Positions 17,148 to 24,965 of a DNA stretch of 64,000 nt are shown here, one piece after another. The notes under the pieces are model-generated. The model was given only the letters and a program-made list of their open reading frames with translations, was not told the DNA's origin and searched no databases. The translations under genes were made by a program, and so were the position numbers. The first letter of the stretch is position 1, and the number at the start of each line of letters is the position of its first letter. Where the stretch lies: positions 10,988 to 74,987 of the forward strand of contig JAZDMG010000028.1 of NCBI GenBank assembly GCA_043801165.1, in the 5' to 3' direction. This DNA is from an archaeon (GTDB taxonomy: Archaea > Nanobdellota > Nanobdellia > Woesearchaeales > SM23-78).

Positions 17148-17987
17148 ATGATGACTAAATTGAAATCGTGGCTTTTGGCTGCGGCGCTCATTCTCAATCT
17201 CAACATCCCCAGCAAGCCGGCAGCTGAAGAGCGGTTTGCATCCCTAGAATCGCGGGTCCGCTTCAAAGTGGCTTTCTTTGCAGGTCATAGCGATGTGAAA
17301 GAAGCTTATGGCGCATTGAGCGCGGTAAAGATCAGTGAGAACTGCTATAACGATGCCATACTGGAAAGGATAGGCAGATATCGTGCCAGTCCAGTCTACG
17401 GCTTTGAAAGCATGCTGTTCTATTCTGATAAGCACATCTCGCTCCAGGAAAGGCCTATCCTGGCTGAAGAGAGCCAAGCAAACATCTATGTGGAGATACA
17501 CCACGATTCAGGGTCTTTAAAAAACATAAAAAACAAGCGCTGGAGAAATATGGAAGGATTCTCGGTTTATTTTCCATCAGAAGATATGGAAGGCAATCCG
17601 AACATTTTCAAAGAAGAAAGCGAAAAGCTAGCGCTGTGCATCGGGAAAGAGATCAAACAGGCAGGATTCAAGCCGTCCGACTATTACACCGCAAGGTCAG
17701 AAGAGAATGGAAAAACAATTTTTTCAGCAGATTTCGGGGTATATTCAGCCAGGTTCGATGTTTTAAAGAACGCAAAGATGCCTGCAGTCCTTGTGGAATG
17801 CGGGAACATAGTGAACCCTTACGAAGAGAAGTTGATGCAAGACCCGGGGGCACAGATGATGATCTCAGAAGCAATAATGAGAGGGATATCAAGCTACCTT
17901 GCTAGTTATCGCAAGCATTGTGATGATCTACTGATGCAATCGTTGAAGGCGCTCTCCTTCCGACGCATGGCCCGTCTAAGACAATAA
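17148..17987 (+). CDS. Secreted N-acetylmuramoyl-L-alanine amidase (Amidase_3 / AmiC-CwlV type)
   Basis: An N-terminal signal peptide is present. The Amidase_3 blocks FFAGHSD, IYVEIHHDS, GFSVYF and MPAVLVECGNIVNPYEEKLMQDPGAQMMISEAIMRGI are present. Confidence 0.7.
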   Translation: MMTKLKSWLLAAALILNLNIPSKPAAEERFASLESRVRFKVAFFAGHSDVKEAYGALSAVKISENCYNDAILERIGRYRASPVYGFESMLFYSDKHISLQERPILAEESQANIYVEIHHDSGSLKNIKNKRWRNMEGFSVYFPSEDMEGNPNIFKEESEKLALCIGKEIKQAGFKPSDYYTARSEENGKTIFSADFGVYSARFDVLKNAKMPAVLVECGNIVNPYEEKLMQDPGAQMMISEAIMRGISSYLASYRKHCDDLLMQSLKALSFRRMARLRQ

Positions 17988-18570
17988 ATCCTGCCTTTCG
18001 CAGGTTGTCCCTTACGCTCCGCGCGCAGGAATAGGTCGTCAGCACCCCGTTCTTGTTCATGTGTTTTCTTATTTCATTAAAAAAGTCTTCGGTCCAGAGC
18101 TCAGGGCATTTCTTTGGGCTGAAAGGGTCATGGAAGACCACGTCAAAGCTCTTGAGCGACTTTATGCTCTCCCGAGCATCTCCTACAACAATCTTTATGC
18201 TTATGCCCTCGTGAGAATATTCTCCGCCGCGCTCAACCGCGTCCTGTATCGCAGAATAGCTCTTGATATGAGGCTTCAAAGCAGCTATCTTCTTGAGGAT
18301 CTTCTCATCATTCTCAAGCCCCACTATATTTACAGAGCAGGCAAGATTCGCCTCAAGGATCAAGTCCAAAGCAGCCGCAGAGTTATACCCAAGGCCGAAG
18401 CATACATCAAGGATGCTTATCTCACCGGCACCAGCTCTTTCTGCAACTCCAGCAGGCCCTGCATGCTTCTTGAAAGCCTCCTCGACAGCTCCGCTCACAG
18501 AATGATAGCATTCATCATATCTCTCATTATGAAAGGTCACACTGCCATCCTTAGTCACAACTTCTTTCAT
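17902..18570 (-). CDS. SAM-dependent methyltransferase, MnmC C-terminal domain-like (DUF752)
   Basis: The segments ILDVCFGLGYN and DVVFHDPFSPKKCPELWTEDFFNEI are present. Its 3' end overlaps the amidase 3' end convergently by 86 nt. Confidence 0.5.
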   Translation of the reverse strand: MKEVVTKDGSVTFHNERYDECYHSVSGAVEEAFKKHAGPAGVAERAGAGEISILDVCFGLGYNSAAALDLILEANLACSVNIVGLENDEKILKKIAALKPHIKSYSAIQDAVERGGEYSHEGISIKIVVGDARESIKSLKSFDVVFHDPFSPKKCPELWTEDFFNEIRKHMNKNGVLTTYSCARSVRDNLRKAGFIVLDGPCVGRRAPSTIASVDHHNACDN

Positions 18571-18593
18571 CAGAAAGCGTAGAACCTATTTTT

Positions 18594-19058
18594 TTATAAA
18601 ATTAACCCTATGATGCCCAATAGCACACCAAGAACAACAAAACCAGAATGCCTGTGGATCAAGCCATAGACCTGTTTAATAGGCTTTTCCTTGATATGCT
18701 CAAACAGGTACAGTGTCCCAATCGGGAAGCCGTAAAGGAAAGCCAACGGCGCCATGATTGCAAATCCGTTGTATAGCCAAGCGAGGAAAAGCATTGGAGC
18801 CAATGACAGGTAATAGAGCGCCTCTCTCTCCTTGCTGAAACTAAATATTATCACCAGCAGCGCGATCAGCAGGACAAATACCACAGACCAGTTCTTCGCA
18901 AAGAAAACAATCAATATGGCGATGAACAGCAGGTCCTTGAGCATCTCAAAATATTTCCTGCCAGGGACCAATTCCTCTTTAGTGAAGTATCCCACCAACA
19001 ACCCGACAAATACTCCTAAAAAAACTATCAGCAGTGATACGAAGTAGCCAATCATCAT
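18594..19058 (-). CDS. Small integral membrane protein with 4-5 TM segments
   Basis: The hydrophobicity pattern supports this. I recognised no motif. Confidence 0.35.
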   Translation of the reverse strand: MMIGYFVSLLIVFLGVFVGLLVGYFTKEELVPGRKYFEMLKDLLFIAILIVFFAKNWSVVFVLLIALLVIIFSFSKEREALYYLSLAPMLFLAWLYNGFAIMAPLAFLYGFPIGTLYLFEHIKEKPIKQVYGLIHRHSGFVVLGVLLGIIGLIL

Positions 19059-19096
19059 CCAGCCAATAGATAAAGGCGTTTAAATATTTTGCGCAC

Positions 19097-19585
19097 CTAG
19101 CTGATCTTCTTCTGGCCGCAGGGTGTGCCGCTGATGTTGACATCGCCGCTGCCTATGCCAGTCCTGTTATCGATCAGCACCAGGTTTCCTTGCTCGTCTT
19201 CGTAGAATATGCAGAACTCACCCCTGATGCCGAGCTTCTCCTTGACGTCAGAGTAGTTGATCGAGACTTCGTCGCTGAAGTTCTGGAGCCTTGTGTAGTT
19301 GATGTCATCAGCGTCAAGGAAAGACAGCCCGGGATTCTTCTCCAGCTCTGCCTTGAGGCTGGCCGCTTCCTGCTGCAGCCCATTGAGCTTTGGCCCCTGC
19401 TTAGAGCTTATGGTGACATAGAATATCAATATTATTGAGATGAATATGACAACCGCCAAGAGAACGTCTATGCTCCACACCTGCGCCCTGTCCATCTCAC
19501 CATCTCTCCTTTCAGAGGATTGCTCCTTCAAAGAAACTTGTTCCTTCGCCCGCACCCTCTTTTTTGAAACCTTGTTTTTAATCAT
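19097..19585 (-). CDS. Candidate archaeal type IV pilin-like protein with a class III signal peptide. The likely start is ATG 19495 (MDRAQ|VWSIDVLLAVVIFISIILIFYV)
   Basis: The N-terminus has an R-A-Q motif followed by a hydrophobic stretch of about 22 aa, then a soluble domain. Confidence 0.35.
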   Translation of the reverse strand: MIKNKVSKKRVRAKEQVSLKEQSSERRDGEMDRAQVWSIDVLLAVVIFISIILIFYVTISSKQGPKLNGLQQEAASLKAELEKNPGLSFLDADDINYTRLQNFSDEVSINYSDVKEKLGIRGEFCIFYEDEQGNLVLIDNRTGIGSGDVNISGTPCGQKKIS

Positions 19586-19684
19586 GCATCCGCCTTTTAA
19601 ATAATTTATCCTTTTGGCACGGTAGTTTTTATATTTTCCTATCAGCCAGGCATATATTTTCCTTTAGACGACAGCTATCGAAAG

Positions 19685-19722
19685 ATTTATAAATCTTTCC
19701 TTGTTTCGTTTTATAAATTTAT
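19685..19722 (+). promoter_or_regulatory. Tandem TATA-like boxes (tttataaat, ttttataaattt) upstream of tfb
   Basis: A/T boxes lie 60-95 nt upstream of the ATG at 19780. Confidence 0.3.
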
Positions 19723-19779
19723 CGTAAGGCAAGACTGTTCATAACAAGCCTTTGTTTATACAAGCGGGGGAGTGGTCCT

Positions 19780-20700
19780 ATGACTTTCGTCAAGAAATGC
19801 CCTGAATGCGGGGGCATAAACTTATTCTGGAACAAGGAAAAAGGAGAGATAATCTGCAGAGACTGCGGTCTAGTCGTAGAGGACAAGATGGTGGACTTCG
19901 GCCAGGAATGGCGTGAGTTCGATGGAGAGAGCGCAGACAAGATGAGGCGTACAGGAGCTCCCATGAGCTACACCCAGTTCGACCAGGGACTTGGGACAGA
20001 TGTCGGAAAGAAATCAGACCTTTACAATCTAGGCGGAAAGGCCAAGAGCAAGTTCTTCAGGCTCAGGAAATGGCAGCAGAGGATCAGCACAGCCATAGAG
20101 AGGAACCTCAAGCTGGCATTGTCAGAATTGAAGAGAGTCAGCTCATATCTTAGGCTTCCGAGCAGCGTCGAGGAAGAGGCTGCAAGGATATACACTCTGG
20201 CGGTGCAGAAAGGCCTTGTCAGAGGAAGGAGCATGGAATCCGTTGTCGCAGGAGCCCTTTACGCAGCCTGCAGGCGCCATGATGTCCCGAGGACGCTTGA
20301 TGAGCTTGGAGAGTCATCCAACATCGAGAAGAAGGAGATCGGAAGGACCTATAGGTTCATCACAAGAGAGCTGGGCATCAAGATATTGCCTAGCAACCCT
20401 GCTGATTATATCCCTAGGTTCGCTTCAAGCCTGAAGCTTAATGCAGAGACCCAGAGCAAGGCAGTGGAGATCATAGAATCAGCGCAGAATGTTGAGTTGA
20501 CCTCTGGCAGAGGACCGACAGGAATCGCTGCCGCGGCGCTCTACGTGGCTGCTCTCATCAACGGAGAGAAAAAGACCCAGCGGGAAGTGGCTGACGTCGC
20601 AGGAGTGACAGAGGTCACCATCAGGAACCGCTACAAGGAGCTGCTCGAGAGGCTTAAGCTTGACAAGGAGATAAAGAAGGTCAAGAAGAAGAAGGCTTGA
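19780..20700 (+). CDS. tfb: Transcription initiation factor TFB (TFIIB homologue)
   Basis: An N-terminal Zn ribbon CPECGG...CRDCGLV, a B-finger/linker and two cyclin-fold repeats are present. The protein is 306 aa. Confidence 0.95.
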   Translation: MTFVKKCPECGGINLFWNKEKGEIICRDCGLVVEDKMVDFGQEWREFDGESADKMRRTGAPMSYTQFDQGLGTDVGKKSDLYNLGGKAKSKFFRLRKWQQRISTAIERNLKLALSELKRVSSYLRLPSSVEEEAARIYTLAVQKGLVRGRSMESVVAGALYAACRRHDVPRTLDELGESSNIEKKEIGRTYRFITRELGIKILPSNPADYIPRFASSLKLNAETQSKAVEIIESAQNVELTSGRGPTGIAAAALYVAALINGEKKTQREVADVAGVTEVTIRNRYKELLERLKLDKEIKKVKKKKA

Positions 20701-20704
20701 TTTA

Positions 20705-21028
20705 TCAAATTTTTATTATCTTTTTTGCCTTTATTACCACACCTTCCTTCTCTAGAAGTGATATTTTCTCTGCTATTGCTTTGCCGCAGCTCTTGCCTTT
20801 GAACCCACCAATCCTTCCGCCGCTGCCCACCACCCGATGGCAAGGCACTTCCGGCGCAAATGGATTTTTCCGAAGAGCTTGGCCAACAGCCCGCGGGCTG
20901 GCGCCGAGCTTCTTTGCGATGGCTCCATAAGTAGTCACCTTGCCGAGCGGTATCTTGCTCACGACAGAATAGACCTTCATCTGGAAGCTAGATACTTTCT
21001 GAGATTTAGCCTTCTCTTTCCAGCTCAT
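20705..21028 (-). CDS. Methylated-DNA-protein-cysteine methyltransferase (MGMT/Ogt) DNA-binding domain protein
   Basis: The active-site PCHRVV and the helix-turn-helix AIAKKLGASPRAVGQALRKNP are present. Confidence 0.75.
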   Translation of the reverse strand: MSWKEKAKSQKVSSFQMKVYSVVSKIPLGKVTTYGAIAKKLGASPRAVGQALRKNPFAPEVPCHRVVGSGGRIGGFKGKSCGKAIAEKISLLEKEGVVIKAKKIIKI

Positions 21029-21945
21029 TTGAATCCTTGCCAGTATCGCTCTGCCTCTGCTAGTTTTCCTGGCGTCGTGGTATCAAACCACTGTCCTGAG
21101 AAGACATAGCCTATGAGCTTCTCCTGCATCGCCAGCTTTGGAAAGACATCCTGCTCCAGCATAGAGAATCCTTCGGGCACTGCTTTCAGGACTTCTGGCT
21201 CCAGGATATAAAGGCCGGCATTGATCAGCTTGCTTGGCGAGTTCTCCTTGCTCGGCTTTTCGATGAAGGCCATTATTTTCTGGCCATTCATGACAGCCAC
21301 TCCGTAGCTTGATGGGTTCTCTGTCGTAGTCAGGGCTATGGTTGCTGCGCCTTTGTTCTTTCGATGGAAAGCGAACATGTCCTCCAGGTCTATATCTTTC
21401 AGCTCATCACCATTCATCAATAGGAATGTGTCATCAATCATCCCTTTCAAAAGGTTAAGTGGGCCGCCGGTCCCTAGGGGTGATTCTTCTTCGATATATG
21501 TTATGTTCACTCCGAATTGTCTCCCATCACCGAAATAATCACGGATGTGTTCGCCTTTTGATCCGATACTGATGATTATGTTCTTTATGTCGTACTCTTT
21601 TAGGAGATTTATGTTGTGCTCAAGAAGAGGCCTGTCCTGGACCCTTATCATTGGCCTAGGGATTATGCTTCCATTTGCTCTTGATTTATCGATTGGGCCG
21701 CCGGCGAGTATCACTGCCTTTGAGGGCTTATTCCCTCCCAATGCTTTTGCCAGCAGAAGCTCGATGGCGTGGCTCCTGTTCTTCACGTCAGCGTTATTTA
21801 CCGTCTTATCGACTTTCTCAAGAATGCCTCTTTCCAATGTCAATGTCACTCTCTCTTTCATAGCATTAACCCCCTTATTTTTTTTAAGGGAGGCGTCTCG
21901 TCTATTTAAATATTTGGATTCGTATGACAAAGTATGATGATTCAT
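21025..21945 (-). CDS. Sugar-phosphate nucleotidyltransferase fused to an N-terminal ribbon-helix-helix (RHH, CopG-like) domain. The likely start is ATG 21861 (MKERVTLTLE)
   Basis: The RHH reads RVTLTLERGILEKVDK...RSHAIELLLAKAL. The NTP-transferase segments KAVILAGGPIDKSRANG and PLGTGGPL are present. Confidence 0.65.
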   Translation of the reverse strand: MNHHTLSYESKYLNRRDASLKKNKGVNAMKERVTLTLERGILEKVDKTVNNADVKNRSHAIELLLAKALGGNKPSKAVILAGGPIDKSRANGSIIPRPMIRVQDRPLLEHNINLLKEYDIKNIIISIGSKGEHIRDYFGDGRQFGVNITYIEEESPLGTGGPLNLLKGMIDDTFLLMNGDELKDIDLEDMFAFHRKNKGAATIALTTTENPSSYGVAVMNGQKIMAFIEKPSKENSPSKLINAGLYILEPEVLKAVPEGFSMLEQDVFPKLAMQEKLIGYVFSGQWFDTTTPGKLAEAERYWQGFK

Positions 21946-21985
21946 AATATTTAAATATTAGTTCACACATACAATCTTTTGATCC

Positions 21986-22030
21986 GGAAAAAAATCAAAA
22001 AACCCGAAATCATTTCGGATCATTAGGGGG
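21986..22030 (-). terminator. Hairpin CCGAAATGATTTCGG followed by GTTTTTTGATTTTTTT on the minus strand, downstream of the mtaB-like gene
   Basis: A 7-bp stem plus T-runs lie in the correct orientation for the minus-strand gene ending at 22219. Confidence 0.35.
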
Positions 22031-22218
22031 TGGACAAGATGGAGGAACTCTGTTCCGAAGGCCCTCTTGAGATAGAGCTCGACGAGATTGAAGGAAAAGA
22101 TCCTGCCAGGGCAAAATTCATCAGAGGGTATCTGAAAGCGACAACATAGGTTGCTCAGAAGATAAATCGCAAAAACGTATTATGGATGAAATCATAGGCA
22201 GATTTATTGCATATCGGC

Positions 22219-23481
22219 TCATATAGGCGTCGCTTCTAGATAAAATTGTTCTGCCTTCACAACCTTGACCATGACCTTCTGTCCAAGAGAGAGTTTTGCG
22301 TTCTTTATGACAACCTGCTTGTAATAATCATTGTGACCAGCCCAGCTCCCATCCTTTCCCATCTCATCGATTATTACTTCACCTTGCCAGCCAATCCATT
22401 CGGCATTGGTTATGACCTTCCGATAAAGCATCGATAGCCTGAGGCTTCTGCTCTTGGCGACATTGTTAGGTAACATCTTGAGTTTCTTGGCAGGCGTCCC
22501 TGGCCTTGGATAGAATTTTGTTATGTTGATGACCGGAATCCTGAGCTTCTCAAGCAGGGCACAGGTATCTTCGAACTCCTGGTCAGTCTCAGAAGGGAAA
22601 CCAACAATCACATCTGTGGCCAGGGTGATGTCTGGTATCGCTTCACGAAGCTTCTTGACAAGAAAAACAAAATCAGCAACAGAGTATTTCCTGTTCATCA
22701 TCTTCAGTATACGGTCATTGCCGCTCTGGAGCGGAAGATGGACGAATTTGAACACCCGCGGATGCTTGAGGATATCAATCAATCCGCCGATGAATTCGAG
22801 CGCATGGTCAGGGTTTATCATCCCTATGCGCACAATATAATCCCCTTTGATCTCCAGAAGCTCTTTCATCAGCTCAGGCAGCGACAAGCCGATGTCCTTG
22901 CCATAGGCCCCATTATCCTGGCTTGTGAGCCATATCTCCTTCACACCTTCCTTGACAGCTGTCTTGAACTGCTGCTTTATCGCCTCAGGATCATAGCTCA
23001 CAAGGCTTCCCCTCGCATGGCGGGTCTTGCAATAGCTGCACTCTCCTAGGCATCCTGCGCAGATCGGGATGATCTCAACAGCCGGATTCCGTCTTATCTT
23101 CGGCAAGTTCAATCTAGGATTCTTCCCATGAGCTATCAGCCTGACAACGCCTCCGGCAATGGCCTCTTCAACAACTTCAGCTATCTGGCTTATGTTGTCA
23201 ACTCCCAGGATTGAGATGTCAATAAGTTTCTTATTCATAGGATCTGCCTGGGAGACGCAACCAGCAACAACAACAAATTTTCCAGCAGCCCTGGCTTTTT
23301 CCAATTCAAAAAAGAACCTCTTCTCAGGGTTGTCCTTGACAGTGCAGGTGTTGAAGATTATTATCTGAGCTTGGTCAGCTGATTCTACAATGATGTGGCC
23401 TGCTTCCAGGAGCAGCCCTGCCATTACTTCGCTGTCAGATTGGTTCAATGTGCAGCCGAATGTCCTGATGAAAATCTTCAT
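22219..23481 (-). CDS. tRNA methylthiotransferase, MiaB/MtaB family (radical SAM + TRAM)
   Basis: The MTTase N-domain FGCTLNQSDSE, the radical SAM CAGCLGECSYCKT and a C-terminal TRAM-like domain are present. Confidence 0.8.
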   Translation of the reverse strand: MKIFIRTFGCTLNQSDSEVMAGLLLEAGHIIVESADQAQIIIFNTCTVKDNPEKRFFFELEKARAAGKFVVVAGCVSQADPMNKKLIDISILGVDNISQIAEVVEEAIAGGVVRLIAHGKNPRLNLPKIRRNPAVEIIPICAGCLGECSYCKTRHARGSLVSYDPEAIKQQFKTAVKEGVKEIWLTSQDNGAYGKDIGLSLPELMKELLEIKGDYIVRIGMINPDHALEFIGGLIDILKHPRVFKFVHLPLQSGNDRILKMMNRKYSVADFVFLVKKLREAIPDITLATDVIVGFPSETDQEFEDTCALLEKLRIPVINITKFYPRPGTPAKKLKMLPNNVAKSRSLRLSMLYRKVITNAEWIGWQGEVIIDEMGKDGSWAGHNDYYKQVVIKNAKLSLGQKVMVKVVKAEQFYLEATPI

Positions 23482-23540
23482 GATCGAAAGAAGGATTGTT
23501 TGATTAATAAAGTTTGTTCATGACCGCAAAGCCATGATTC

Positions 23541-24965
23541 CTATCTGAAGTCTTCCAGAACAAGATCAACGACATCCTCTCTCCAGCCGACATTCATAAG
23601 AGTGTCTTTTATGTTCTTCAGGCTCAGCCCTTTGTCAAGGCAGGCCTGCACAAAGCCATCAAGCTTATCAATATTTTCATCCACCGTATGCACATCATGC
23701 ATCACCACATCTACTGCGTGCTCATCCCATCCGATGCTTAGCAACTCTTCTCTTATATCAGAGTCGTCTGCTCCTTTTCGCACCCTTGACTCTATCAATC
23801 GCTCGGCCTCCTCGACCTTGAAATAGGGAACTATAAGGTCTTTTCTTATCATCAGTACCTTTCCCGCGCCTTTGCCGCTCGATTCAGCAACTGCCAAAGT
23901 CCTCTGGGCATCCCTCTTCTTGAGGATGACTGACCCCACAAGGACTAATCCTCCGATGGCCAGGAGGAATAGCAACGGCAAGAGCATCTTGCTGCCCGTG
24001 CCTCCGTATTCGCCAGAGACAGGAGAAAAATCATCCTTTTGTTCATCGCTGCCTTGCTCAGCCACAACTCCTCCGGTGGGAGTTGTCTCAGGGACCTTTG
24101 TCTTCACCGCATCGAACAGTGCGATGGTCCTGAAATCATCTGAGTTCACGCTTTCCCTGATGTAATAGGTGAAGCTCTTGCTCTCGTCCTCCTTTAGGGT
24201 TGGGACAGACCATTCAAGCAGCGGGTCTGTGGAGATCATCCTTGGCTTCTTATCAACGAAAATCAATGATGAAGAAGATGATACTATGCTCTTAGGTATG
24301 AGCTCTATTATCCTCAGATCATAGAGGTCGTATAATGCCCTGACAGTTATCGTCACCCTGGTCCTACGGACCTGAGCAGCTGAGTTCGCATACACCGTCC
24401 TTATCACAAAGGTCTCAACTTTGTGATCCAAGCCTACTGCGCCTAATTTTCCTGAATTCATCCCTGAGATCAGGGAGCTGATGTAATCCTTTGCAGCCTG
24501 GTCAGGGCTGAGGTCGAGCCAAGGCGCCAGTCCGCTGGCATCCAAGAGCCTGCTGGAGGTCAAGAAAGTATTCAGCCTCTCGGCCTTCATCTTGTCAGAT
24601 GGCAATGAATCATAGCCTAGCTCCTTAGGAGAGATTGTGTTCAACAGCTGGTCAAGATTGTCAATCTTCACAGGCTGGCTCTTGTTAGAGTTGTTGACCT
24701 TGATAAAGCCGCCTCCACCGCCGCCTCCACCGCCAGAAGAAGGGAGCGAGAATATCACTGTAAGTATGCTTGATATGTTGGCATTGAAGTTTCCGTTATC
24801 ATTGTTAACTGTCAATGTTCCGTTGACGCCTGTGATCGCATCAGCTGATACAGCGGCTGAGCTAGACAACAGGACTAGCATCATGCAGAATCCTATAAAG
24901 TGCTCTTTCTTCAAAAAAACAACCCTCGCATCATCTTGTTTAAAAGTGACTGGCAAACCGCTCAT
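23541..24965 (-). CDS. Cell-surface protein with signal peptide, Gly9 tract and C-terminal TM anchor. It is co-transcribed with the upstream beta-helix protein (4-nt overlap)
   Basis: An N-terminal hydrophobic signal MMLVLLSSSAAVSA, the tract SSGGGGGGGGGF and the anchor LLPLLFLLAIGGLVLVGSVILKK are present. Confidence 0.4.
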   Translation of the reverse strand: MSGLPVTFKQDDARVVFLKKEHFIGFCMMLVLLSSSAAVSADAITGVNGTLTVNNDNGNFNANISSILTVIFSLPSSGGGGGGGGGFIKVNNSNKSQPVKIDNLDQLLNTISPKELGYDSLPSDKMKAERLNTFLTSSRLLDASGLAPWLDLSPDQAAKDYISSLISGMNSGKLGAVGLDHKVETFVIRTVYANSAAQVRRTRVTITVRALYDLYDLRIIELIPKSIVSSSSSLIFVDKKPRMISTDPLLEWSVPTLKEDESKSFTYYIRESVNSDDFRTIALFDAVKTKVPETTPTGGVVAEQGSDEQKDDFSPVSGEYGGTGSKMLLPLLFLLAIGGLVLVGSVILKKRDAQRTLAVAESSGKGAGKVLMIRKDLIVPYFKVEEAERLIESRVRKGADDSDIREELLSIGWDEHAVDVVMHDVHTVDENIDKLDGFVQACLDKGLSLKNIKDTLMNVGWREDVVDLVLEDFR

